40,580 bases of DNA from an uncultured archaeon. Its GTDB lineage: Archaea > Thermoplasmatota > Poseidoniia > MGIII > CG-Epi1. The position numbers were made by a program, and so were the translations under genes. The DNA lies in contig CAZVIT010000002.1 in the NCBI GenBank assembly GCA_964626865.1, positions 1 through 40,580 on the forward strand, written 5' to 3'. Shown in pieces: positions 18,491-27,700 of this stretch. Position 1 is the first letter of the stretch, and each line of letters starts with the position of its first letter. The notes under the pieces are model-generated. The model did not search any database. It worked only from the letters and a program-made list of their open reading frames with translations, and had not been told where the DNA came from.

Positions 18491-18553
18491 AAAAAAAAAT
18501 GAAGATCTAAGGGCAAAGTGTATGACACCGTAGTAGGCCAAAAGACCTACTAC
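18491..18553 (-). terminator. Intercistronic hairpin plus T-run between the binding-protein gene and the permease gene
   Basis: An 8-bp perfect inverted repeat GTAGTAGG (18530-18537) / CCTACTAC (18546-18553) has an 8-nt loop. On the transcribed (minus) strand it is followed about 30 nt later by a T9 run (plus-strand A9 at 18491-18499). Confidence 0.3.
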
Positions 18554-18590
18554 AGTGCTCTTACGTTTTCCAAACTAATTTGGACTTTGT

Positions 18591-19805
18591 CTAACTAGAC
18601 TGAACTCCGCCAGTAGCGGTCCAGTACTTACTACAGGTGTATGTTCCTGCTGCGTTATCTCCACCAAAGGTACAGATGTCGTATCCGTTACCACCAATAT
18701 CCCCGTTATCGAGGAAATCGATTATACCGGAAGCACCTTCGTAGTTAGTTCCTACAGATTCGATACCTTCTGATATTGTTCCAGTAGCCATAGCTGCTTT
18801 ACCAATGATCATAGTAGCATCGTAAGCTGTCAAAACATATACTTTGATACTGCCAACTTCTGCTGCGTTTGCATCATATCTAGCTTCGAAGTCTCCATAG
18901 CTTGTACCAGCACGAGGTGCTGAAACTGTGAATCCGTCAGCTGTTGCATTATCTGTTAATTTATCAAATAATCCAACTCCTGCAGGTCCATCACCACCGA
19001 ATACTTTTCCAGTGAAACCAGCTTCTGCTAATTCTTCTAGAATTAATGCACCATCAGTAATGTATGAAGATAGATAAACTGCTTCACAATCTGTGTTGTC
19101 CATTATTGCTTGAACTGCAGCAGAGAAATCTGTTGTAGTTTCTTCATAACCTTGCATACCTGCTCCACAGAGTGCACCATCTACTTCCCATGCTGCCTTG
19201 ATTGAATCTGCTAAACCAGATCCGTAATCATTAGTCATGTGTAGAATAGCTAAACTTTCGTTAGTTACTCCTGCATCTGTCATCATATCTGCTCCAGCTG
19301 GACCCTGAATAGCGTCACTTGGAACTACGCGATAGAAATGCGGATATGCTGAAGCGTCACTTAGACCTGGATTAGTACTTGCGTATGAGATCATTGGAAT
19401 TCCGGCTGCTGCCAAAACTGCATTAGCTCCCATAGAAGCTCCAGAACATGCTGCTCCAACTACAGCGACTACACCAGAATCTACTAATGTTTGTGCTGCA
19501 GGTCCTGCAACGTCACCGCTGCATCCAGAATCTAGTTCAACTATTTCAAATTGGACGTTATCGTCTGCGTACAGAGCGTTAAGGTCTTTGGCTGCTTCAT
19601 CAGCACCCCATTTGAACCCAGGTGCATCCGGTTCTAGAGGTCCTGTTATAGGATTCAAAAACCCGATTTTGTGAGTTGTTACGGTTGTTCCGTCATCTGT
19701 TGTCGTTGTCTCTTTTTTGTCATCATCATCCCCGACACAGCCAGTAAAAGCACCGACAACGAAGAGCATGGCAAAAACAAAAACTTGTAGTTTGTTTGTG
19801 TTCAT
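18591..19805 (-). CDS. ABC transporter substrate-binding protein, LivJ/LivK-like (periplasmic binding protein type 6), probable lipoprotein
   Basis: 404 aa. A signal peptide ends in the lipobox-like FTGC and is followed by an Asp/Thr-rich linker (DDDDKKETTTTDDGTTVTTH). The Ala/Gly-rich type-I PBP body contains GFLNPITGPL and VVGAACSGASM motifs. It is the first gene of the liv operon. Confidence 0.8.
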   Translation of the reverse strand: MNTNKLQVFVFAMLFVVGAFTGCVGDDDDKKETTTTDDGTTVTTHKIGFLNPITGPLEPDAPGFKWGADEAAKDLNALYADDNVQFEIVELDSGCSGDVAGPAAQTLVDSGVVAVVGAACSGASMGANAVLAAAGIPMISYASTNPGLSDASAYPHFYRVVPSDAIQGPAGADMMTDAGVTNESLAILHMTNDYGSGLADSIKAAWEVDGALCGAGMQGYEETTTDFSAAVQAIMDNTDCEAVYLSSYITDGALILEELAEAGFTGKVFGGDGPAGVGLFDKLTDNATADGFTVSAPRAGTSYGDFEARYDANAAEVGSIKVYVLTAYDATMIIGKAAMATGTISEGIESVGTNYEGASGIIDFLDNGDIGGNGYDICTFGGDNAAGTYTCSKYWTATGGVQSS

Positions 19806-19963
19806 GTCAAATTACACCTTCCCTTCTTAGGAAGAGTAGTATTAAAAGCTAATTGAGTGTTAAAAATTAAAAAAAAAACTACAACTTCTCGTCAGAAAAA
19901 CACATGAAATATCTATTAATATACAGTCGAATACTCATAATTTAGTAACTTGTATATCATGAG

Positions 19964-20659
19964 GTGCAAACAAAAATTATGAGACCAATATTACTTAAAA
20001 CTTTGAAAATTCTGGCTCTTCAAGGAGGGAATCGACATTCAATACATATCTCCTCTACCGAATTAGCTAAAAAATTAGGGATTAGTCAACAATCTGCTTC
20101 AAGACATATTATCAATCTTGAAAAAAAAGATTGCATCCAAAAGAAATATACTCAAGGCGGTCAGATTGTAAATATCAATGAAAAAGGCATTGCAATTCTG
20201 AGAAAAGAATTCACAGAATACGGATTAATATTTGGAACTGAAAGGAGTGTTAAAATGATAGGTGTCTTAGAAACTGGACTCGGTGAAGGTGGTTACTATA
20301 TTTCTAAAGAAGGATACATGAAGCAATTTAACAACAAATTAAATTGGGAACCTTACAAAGGAACCTTCAACCTTAGATTAGATGATGATGAAGTTCCAAA
20401 AATTGAAGCTATGAAAGCTGCTGAAGGGATATTAATTAAGGGATTTGAAGAAGAAGGACGAACCTTTGGCAAAGCATGGTTATTCAAATGCACTCTTGAA
20501 AACAAAAACAAAATTATAGAAAACTGTGCTATAATCTCACCTAAACGTACTCATTACAAAAGAGTTGTAGAAATTATATCTCCAGTATTCCTCAGAAAAG
20601 AACTAAACGTTAATGATGGAGCTGAATTTAAAATAAATGTAGATTTAGGAGATTCTTAA
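19964..20659 (+). CDS. ribK: wHTH-fused archaeal CTP-dependent riboflavin kinase (RbkR-like bifunctional regulator/kinase)
   Basis: 231 aa. The N-terminal wHTH is STELAKKLGISQQSASRHIINLEKKDCI. The C-terminal archaeal RibK domain has PYKGTFNLRLD and THYKRVVEIISP. The ORF-track start is a GTG at 19964. The ATG at 19979 (MRPILLK...) lies 20-27 nt downstream of the TATA-like GTATATCA and may be the real start. Confidence 0.8.
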   Translation: MQTKIMRPILLKTLKILALQGGNRHSIHISSTELAKKLGISQQSASRHIINLEKKDCIQKKYTQGGQIVNINEKGIAILRKEFTEYGLIFGTERSVKMIGVLETGLGEGGYYISKEGYMKQFNNKLNWEPYKGTFNLRLDDDEVPKIEAMKAAEGILIKGFEEEGRTFGKAWLFKCTLENKNKIIENCAIISPKRTHYKRVVEIISPVFLRKELNVNDGAEFKINVDLGDS

Positions 20660-20690
20660 ATAACAGTAGGAGCTTAGAAAATATAATACA

Positions 20691-22250
20691 ATGACACCCT
20701 TTCATGACTATTTTGGAATTAGCTGGTATGTTTATTTGCTCATTTGGTCCTTTATTGCAATTGGAGCTCACGTTTACCAAGTTGGATTCATTGTAAAATT
20801 AATTAGATTAGGGAAAAATGATGATAGATTCAATTCTTGGAAACAAAGAATGAAAGAATTCCTAACTGATTGGTTAGGTCAAAGAAAAGTTGTAGAGGAC
20901 AAAGTAGCTGGATATGCACACGCATTAATCTTCTGGGGATTCCTCATGCTTGTCACTGATGTTATAGATTTGGGAACTGGGGGATTGTTTGCTGAACTAC
21001 TAGGAATGTTATTCTTAGAAAATATTTGGAACTTAATTGTAGATATAGGATACCTAATGGCAGGCATAGGAATTCTTGCAGCATTATATCGTAGATTGAT
21101 TTTAAGACCTGAAAAATTAAAAAATACTAGTATGGAAGGTGTTCTAATACTATTTGCAATATTAGGTATCGTAATCACTGCTTTCATAGTTGAAGCTGGC
21201 TATATGCTTGGAGAAGAAAATCATTATAATTCTTGGGAACCTATTGGTGTTGTTTTTGCTAAACAAATGCAAAATATAGATTCTAACACATTACAGACTA
21301 TTATAGACTTAAGTTATTGGATACACATGATTTTGATTGGAGGATTTTTGATTGAGATACCTCAAACAAAACATTCACACTTAATTGGAACTATTCCAAA
21401 TGTCATGTTCCAGGATCATGAAAAGATGGGAACTATGCTTCCACTACAAGTAGATGAAAATGACATCGCAGTAAAAACTGATGATTTAGATTTTGAAAAT
21501 ATGACTTTAGGTGTTAATAAATTTGAGGATTTTACATGGAGGCAATTATCTGATGGATGGGCCTGTACCGCTTGTGCAAGATGTCAAGATGTTTGCCCTG
21601 CATACAATAGCGGAAAAGAATTGAATCCAATGCAAATTATAATGGATGTTAAGAATTATGGAAGAGAGCATGGAAATTTACTTTTAGCTGGTGAAACACC
21701 AGAAGAAACCATCGTTGATAGGTTCAGCCCAGAGGCCATTTGGGCATGTACTACTTGTTATGCATGTGTAAATGCTTGTCCTGTACATATTGAACATGTA
21801 CCGAAATTAACGGACACAAGACGACACTTGGTCATGGAAGCTTCAGAATTTCCTGAAGAATTACAAAATTTATTTAATAATCTGGAAAGGAATTCAAATC
21901 CATGGGGACTAGGGGCGCACACAAGAGCCGACTGGGCTGAAGGATTGGACTTGAAGATTGGTGAACCTGCTGAATACTTATTCTATGTAGGCTGTGCTGG
22001 ATCTTTTGATGAAAGAAATAAAAATGTTTCGAGATCTACAGCAAAATTATTGAAAGCAGCTGGAGTTGATTTTTCGATACTTGGAGAAATGGAGATGTGT
22101 AATGGTGATCCTGCAAGAAGAGCTGGAAATGAATTCCTTTTCCAAATGATGGCTGAAATGAATGTAGATAGTATGAATTCTTTAGGCACTCTAAAAGTAA
22201 TTACTGCGTGTCCACATTGTATCACCATTCCCAAATACTTAATGAATTAA
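20691..22250 (+). CDS. Membrane-bound (Fe-S) oxidoreductase, HdrD/DsrK/EtfD-like, N-terminal fragment (frameshifted gene)
   Basis: 519 aa. A NarI/HdrE-like polytopic N-terminus is followed by two ferredoxin motifs (CTACARCQDVCP and CTTCYACVNACP) and a first CCG-type Cys-rich domain (YVGCAGSF...CNGDP...ITACPHC). Reading then enters a wrong frame and stops 10 codons later. Confidence 0.8.
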   Translation: MTPFHDYFGISWYVYLLIWSFIAIGAHVYQVGFIVKLIRLGKNDDRFNSWKQRMKEFLTDWLGQRKVVEDKVAGYAHALIFWGFLMLVTDVIDLGTGGLFAELLGMLFLENIWNLIVDIGYLMAGIGILAALYRRLILRPEKLKNTSMEGVLILFAILGIVITAFIVEAGYMLGEENHYNSWEPIGVVFAKQMQNIDSNTLQTIIDLSYWIHMILIGGFLIEIPQTKHSHLIGTIPNVMFQDHEKMGTMLPLQVDENDIAVKTDDLDFENMTLGVNKFEDFTWRQLSDGWACTACARCQDVCPAYNSGKELNPMQIIMDVKNYGREHGNLLLAGETPEETIVDRFSPEAIWACTTCYACVNACPVHIEHVPKLTDTRRHLVMEASEFPEELQNLFNNLERNSNPWGLGAHTRADWAEGLDLKIGEPAEYLFYVGCAGSFDERNKNVSRSTAKLLKAAGVDFSILGEMEMCNGDPARRAGNEFLFQMMAEMNVDSMNSLGTLKVITACPHCITIPKYLMN

Positions 22251-22627
22251 GACAAAAAGAAAAAATAAAAATAAACAATTTTGAAAATAAAGTTACATTC
22301 CATGATCCCTGTTATCTAGGACGAATTGGGGGTGAAACTGAGGCTCCGAGAGAAGCTTTAGGTGGAGAACTAATTGAAATGGAAAGATCCAAAGAGAAAT
22401 CGTTCTGTTGTGGTGGTGGTGGCGCTAGAATTTGGATGGAAGAAGATGCCGATAAAAGAGTTAACGAAATAAGGGCAAAGGAAGCTGTAAATACCGGTGC
22501 AGACTGCATTGCAGTAGGCTGTCCCTTCTGTATGACTATGATGAGTGATGGCTTGAAAACATTAGGTGAAGAACAGAGAACTGTAAAAGACATATCTGAA
22601 ATAATGTTAGAAAATCTAGAGGCATAA
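22208..22627 (+). CDS. C-terminal fragment of the same (Fe-S) oxidoreductase (second CCG domain)
   Basis: 139-aa ORF in the next frame. YHHSQILNEL continues the expected CPxC-Y motif. A complete second CCG domain follows (FHDPCYLGR...FCCGGGG...GCPFC). The listed GTG start is probably an artefact of the frame break. Confidence 0.75.
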   Translation: MSTLYHHSQILNELRQKEKIKINNFENKVTFHDPCYLGRIGGETEAPREALGGELIEMERSKEKSFCCGGGGARIWMEEDADKRVNEIRAKEAVNTGADCIAVGCPFCMTMMSDGLKTLGEEQRTVKDISEIMLENLEA

Positions 22628-22628
22628 A

Positions 22629-23390
22629 ATGAACATAGCTGTATTAATCAAAATGGTACCTGATACCGAATCAAAGCTAGAAGTAAGTGCTGGAGAACTC
22701 AATGACCAGAATTTCAAATATATGGTAAATCCATACGATGAATTTGCTGTTGAACAGGCCGTTCAATTCAAAGAAGCTGAAGGAGGAAAAGTCACACTAT
22801 TAAGCTTATTCTCGGAAAACAACAGCATAGATACTGATTTGAGAAAAATGTTAGCAATAGGGGCCGATGAAATTATTGTGTTAAGACAAAATGACTACCG
22901 AGGAGATAGGCCTCTTGCAAACGCTAAAATTCTATCAGAAGCAATTAAAGAATTAGATGTTGATTTAATCCTATGTGGTATTCAAGGAATTGATTATTAC
23001 CAAGCTGCAACCGGAACTATGGTCGCTCAAATGCTAAATATGCCAAATATTTCAGGAGTTACTAGTTTAGAATTTAATTCTGGAACATTGAAAGCTAAAA
23101 GGCAAATAGAAGGTGGATTACAAGTAATTGAAACCTCAACTCCTGCAGTTATTACTTGTCAAAAAGATATGAATAAAGTAAGATTTCCGGCTCTAAAAGA
23201 CATTATGATGTCAAAAAGAAAACCATTTGAAAATAAAAATGTGGATTCTGTTGATAGCAATGATGTTGCTACAACTGAATCAAGTTTACCTCCTGCTAGA
23301 GATAGTGGAGAAATTATCGAAGGTGAAACTGCTGAAGAAAAAGTAGATAAATTAATTGAAAAATTAAAAATGGAGGCTAAGGTAATATGA
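22629..23390 (+). CDS. etfB: Electron transfer flavoprotein, beta subunit
   Basis: 253 aa. The typical EtfB N-terminus is present (MNIAVLIKMVPD...MVNPYDEFAVEQAVQFKE). The gene starts 2 nt after the oxidoreductase stop. Confidence 0.92.
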   Translation: MNIAVLIKMVPDTESKLEVSAGELNDQNFKYMVNPYDEFAVEQAVQFKEAEGGKVTLLSLFSENNSIDTDLRKMLAIGADEIIVLRQNDYRGDRPLANAKILSEAIKELDVDLILCGIQGIDYYQAATGTMVAQMLNMPNISGVTSLEFNSGTLKAKRQIEGGLQVIETSTPAVITCQKDMNKVRFPALKDIMMSKRKPFENKNVDSVDSNDVATTESSLPPARDSGEIIEGETAEEKVDKLIEKLKMEAKVI

Positions 23391-24301
23391 GCAACGTGTT
23401 GGTTATTGGAGAAATAGATGGATCTAATGTTAAAAATATTTCACAACAAGTTGCTGCAGTCGCTGCAGGTATGGGTGAAGTAACTGGGCTAGTCATAGGA
23501 AGTGAAATATCTGAGGCTGGAATGAAATTAGCTGCAGGTAAAATCATAATGGCTGATGATAAAAGCCTAGAAAACTACGACCCTATCAAATATGCTTCTA
23601 TCGCTAGTAATATAGTAAAGGAAAATAACATTCAAACTGTACTTTTAGGAGCTACATCAATGGGTAAAGACTTAGGTCCAAGATTAGCTGCTGAACTAAA
23701 TTGTGGATATCTTGGAGACTGTTTGGAGGCCAGTAGTGAAGGGTTTGTAAGGCCAAATTTTGCTGGAAAAGTACTTGCAAAATCAAAACCAAATGGGTCA
23801 ATTGTAGCCACAATAAGGAATAATGCTTATCCTGCTGGAGAAACCTGGTCTGGAAGTGTAGAAAATTATTCTGGAAATATAGCTGATTCTACTCTAAATA
23901 CAGTTAATGTAGAAAATGTAGGATCTGGAACTGTTGAACTGACTGAAGCTTCTATTGTAGTTAGTGGTGGAAGAGGCCTTGAAAATGCAGAAAATTATGA
24001 TTCAATGATTAGGCCTTTGGCTGAAAGTATGGGAGCTGCTGCAGGAGCTAGTAGAGCCATTGTAGATGCTGGATGGGTCACGCATTCACACCAAGTTGGA
24101 CAAACTGGAAAAACCGTTGCTCCTGAATTATATCTTGCCATAGGAATATCTGGAGCAATTCAACACTTAGGTGGAATGAGTGGCTCTAAATGCATAGCTG
24201 CTATAAACAAAGACCCAGATGCTCCAATTTTCAAAGTAGCTGATTATGGGATAGTTGGTGACTTATTCGAAATATTGCCCATATTAAAATCTAAAATTTA
24301 A
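23387..24301 (+). CDS. etfA: Electron transfer flavoprotein, alpha subunit
   Basis: 304 aa. The FAD-binding C-terminal signature is present (PELYLAIGISGAIQHLGGMSGSKCIAAINKDPDAPIFKVADYGIVGDLFEILP). The start forms an ATGA overlap with etfB. Confidence 0.93.
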   Translation: MSNVLVIGEIDGSNVKNISQQVAAVAAGMGEVTGLVIGSEISEAGMKLAAGKIIMADDKSLENYDPIKYASIASNIVKENNIQTVLLGATSMGKDLGPRLAAELNCGYLGDCLEASSEGFVRPNFAGKVLAKSKPNGSIVATIRNNAYPAGETWSGSVENYSGNIADSTLNTVNVENVGSGTVELTEASIVVSGGRGLENAENYDSMIRPLAESMGAAAGASRAIVDAGWVTHSHQVGQTGKTVAPELYLAIGISGAIQHLGGMSGSKCIAAINKDPDAPIFKVADYGIVGDLFEILPILKSKI

Positions 24302-24345
24302 TTTAAGATAGATAACGTTATAAGGTACTTTAGGATGGGTACAAT

Positions 24346-24534
24346 GTGTCAAAAGAAGCGGAAGAAATAAAAAAATTACAACAGACTATTAATGAACTTC
24401 AAACTGAACTTAAATTCTTACAAGAGACTGTTGGTGTATTAGTAGGAGCTATGATGGAAGATGGCGAATCTGAGGATTACTTTGGAAATGCTGAAGCCGG
24501 AAATCCTTCATTCAGACTTAACATGGGAATGTAG
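24346..24534 (+). CDS. Small hypothetical protein (62 aa): N-terminal coiled coil, acidic C-terminal half
   Basis: ORF with a GTG start. It has a heptad-like KEAEEIKKLQQTINELQTELKFLQETV segment. No recognisable family, so coding status is uncertain. Confidence 0.35.
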   Translation: MSKEAEEIKKLQQTINELQTELKFLQETVGVLVGAMMEDGESEDYFGNAEAGNPSFRLNMGM

Positions 24535-24581
24535 TCAGTTACCTTAAACTCTAAATAGAAACTGCTACGGTAGATTTTTGT

Positions 24582-24659
24582 GCTCGCGTGGTGTAGCCTG
24601 GCCTATCATCTCAGCCTGTCGAGCTGAGGACTCGGGTTCAAATCCCGGCGCGGGCGCCA
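24582..24659 (+). tRNA. tRNA-Asp (anticodon GTC), genomically encoded CCA
   Basis: Folded by hand. Acceptor stem GCTCGCG/CGCGGGC (one U-G pair). D-arm GTGT/TCAT with G10-U25 and a GG-containing loop. Anticodon stem TCAGC/GCTGA with loop CTGTCGA (anticodon GTC at 24618-24620). 4-nt variable region. T-arm TCGGG-TTCAAAT-CCCGG. Discriminator G at 24656, then CCA. The stems are GC-rich against an AT-rich background. Confidence 0.9.
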
Positions 24660-24713
24660 TTATTTTAGACGAAACAATTTAATGATGCCTATTTCTGCGG
24701 TTATAGGCTAATT

Positions 24714-27700
24714 ATGCGAGGACAAAAATATCAGGCATTGATTGTTGTTATTTTATTACTTACAGCTCTACCTTATTCTCCCTTCTTATCACGAGCTTCA
24801 AGTATAGAAAAAGACCCATTAGCTGAAAAAGATTTAGATGGTGATGGGATACCTGACCCACCCGTAAGAGATAGTGATGGAGATGGGCTATCTGATGATT
24901 ATGAAATCGCTTTAGGATTTGATCCCAATGATTTTGATATGGATGATGATGGAATCTCCGATTTGATGGAGCAGCAAATGTGGGATGACTTGAAGAATTT
25001 AGACGAAATACCTGACAGCATGGAGGATTTGTATGATTGTGAAGGTGATTTAGATGGAGATGGAATTACCAATTGTATGGATCCTGATGCCGATGGCGAT
25101 GGATTTTCTGATGCTGATGAGATGGCAGATTCAGATTTTGATGGAATCCCAGATATGTATGAAAATATGATAGATCACTTGGATCCAAATAATCCTGATA
25201 GTGATGGTGATGGAATCCCTGATATGGATGATCAAGATCCACCGTTACCTGAATGGGCTGAGGATATGGCAAATAAAAATGACTGGACACCTCAACCTGA
25301 TTCTAATGGAATGGGTGGATTGGAGGGCTTTTATCCTCTTGCCGTACTTGCTGCAGTTAAATTTACTGTAGTGTGTGATAATTGTGGGGAACCTACTTCA
25401 AATCCTCAATATTGGAGAACTGCTGCAAAAATAATTTATGATAATGGATATGATTCAAATACTGATAGTTACACTCGTAGCCAATGGTGCCCTGCTCCAG
25501 GATGCGAACAATATGATATAGAAACTGGAGTTGTTGAAAATCCTGGTTATTGGTCAACGGGTTCTAATCCATATGGCTATGATTACTTAGTTACACACCC
25601 AGATGTTACTAGCCAACAATATCAATACACTATGACTTGGATTATGCCGGTACAGGGATATCTGTCTACATCATTGCATACTAATAATGTTTTCATAAGT
25701 AATAGCGTTACTATGGACAGTTCTTTTAATTTGAAAGTTGACGGATATGCTCAGGCATATACTTTCACAATGACGGAATATAATATTCCTGAGAATGTAA
25801 AACAAGCTGCTAATGCTCCAGAAAATTTTCCTTCAGAATTTACTGAATTGCCACAATTCCCAGTGAGACCTGGACCCGATAATGATGTTTACGATTTAGC
25901 TGCTTCAATAACAGAAGGTAAAGATACTGATTATCAAAAAGCTGAAGCTATAATGTATTATCTAAGAAACAATTATTATTACAACATTAACGGAACCTTA
26001 ACTCCTGATGGTGAGGATTTTGTTGATTATTTCTTATTTGGAAATGGAGATACTGACGGAAAATGTACTAATTTTGCTTCTGCGTTTACAGTTTTATCAA
26101 GAATAAGTGGAATTCCTACAAGATATGTAGAAGGAAATGGTCCTGGAGAAGTAATTACTCCTGAAGGTTGGCAAAATAGTGGATATGGAGAGAGTACTGG
26201 TTACCAAATAGAAGAGGATACAAGAATCATTACAATGCTCAATGGGCATGCCTATGCCGAAGTGCTGTTTGATGAAATTGGTTGGATAACTTTTGAACCT
26301 ACTTCATCCACAACTTGTCCTACTTGTGATCCCAATGGCGCTACAACCACTGGAGATGATGATACTGTAGTTGGCAATGGAACTCAACCTGGAACTAACT
26401 ATGAAATAACTGATAGTGATGGCGATGGGCTGAGTGATGAATACGAAATAGGAATAGGTACAGACCCTAATAATCCAGACAGTGATTATGATACCTTACC
26501 TGATGGTGTGGAATCTAATTCCGGTGTTTTTGTAGATGTAGATACTGACACTGGAACAAGCCCCTTACTTGCCGACACTGATGGTGATGGACTGGAAGAT
26601 GATGATGAAATATTATGTAGATTATACTCACTTAGTGGTAAATTTTGTTCACATCCGCTAGACTCAGATACTGATAATGATGGATTGAGTGATGGAGATG
26701 AATACTACACTTATTCAACTAATCCTATCGATAATGACAGTGATGATGACAATCTTACTGATGGGTTAGAAATAGGAATTATTGGGAATATTTTTGAAGA
26801 GGATTATAATTCAAACTCCTGCTCTACAAGAAATGGTGAAAGTGTATATGTAAATTGCAAAGAAACCTGGCAGCCTGATGAAGATGGATCGTCTACAACT
26901 AACCCACTAAACCCAGATAGTGATAGTGATGGAATCGATGATGGTGATGAAGATAAAAATAATAATGGAAAGTTAGATGATGGAGAAACTGCCGCAGATT
27001 TATTTGATACTGACGGAGGAGGAAGAAGCGATTTTGAAGAATTGTTTACTGATTCAACTGATCCCAGAGATTCTGAAGATGATATTGGAGATACTGATGG
27101 TGATGGCCTTCTTGACCATCGAGAAGAAGAATTAGGAACTAATCCTACTTTAATGGATACTGATGGTGATGGGATAAATGATGGGGATGAAGTTACGCTA
27201 TACTTTACAAATCCTCTAGAAGAGGATAGTGATAGTGATGGGTTAACTGATTTTGAAGAAATTTATGCTTTAGGAAGTTGTGAATGGATTTCTCCAAAAA
27301 CATCTATTTCTTGCGATTACAATGAAGATGGTATAAGAGACGAGAATGACGGAACTGATCCTAATGATCCAGACACAGATGGAGGAGGAACTTATGATGG
27401 ATTTGAAGTTGATTTAGATGGAACTAATCCGCTTAACAACAATACCGATGATGTTCCTGCTGATGAAAGAGATACTGATGGTGACGGCTTAACCGATATG
27501 GAAGAAATTAACATTTACAATACAAATAAATTTAACAATGATACTGATGGAGATGGTCTCTTAGATGGTGACGAAGTAAATACTTATGACACAAAACCAG
27601 ATAAAAAAGATACTGATGGAGATGGATTAAGTGATTATGATGAAATATTTACTCACGAAACAAAACCTGATGAAAGTGATTCTGATGAGGATGGCATTGA

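Noticed and set aside
19806-19963. AT-rich divergent region with an A10 run and TATTAATA palindrome, considered as an RbkR or Lrp-type operator for the liv operon or ribK
   Set aside because: The only palindromes are 4-8 nt and AT-only, indistinguishable from generic TATA-like promoter sequence. No repeated specific motif was found.
22200-22260. Programmed +1 ribosomal frameshift in the Fe-S oxidoreductase gene
   Set aside because: No slippery site, rare-codon/stop context or downstream structure is evident at the frame break. A single-base indel (assembly error or mutation) is the simpler explanation, and it is reported as a finding to be checked against reads.
24703-24711. ATAGGCTAA (one mismatch to the TTAGGCTAA operator half-site at 12497-12505) 2 nt upstream of the giant gene start
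   Set aside because: It is a single imperfect 9-mer with no partner palindrome. An 8-nt match is expected by chance about once in a window this size when both strands are scanned.
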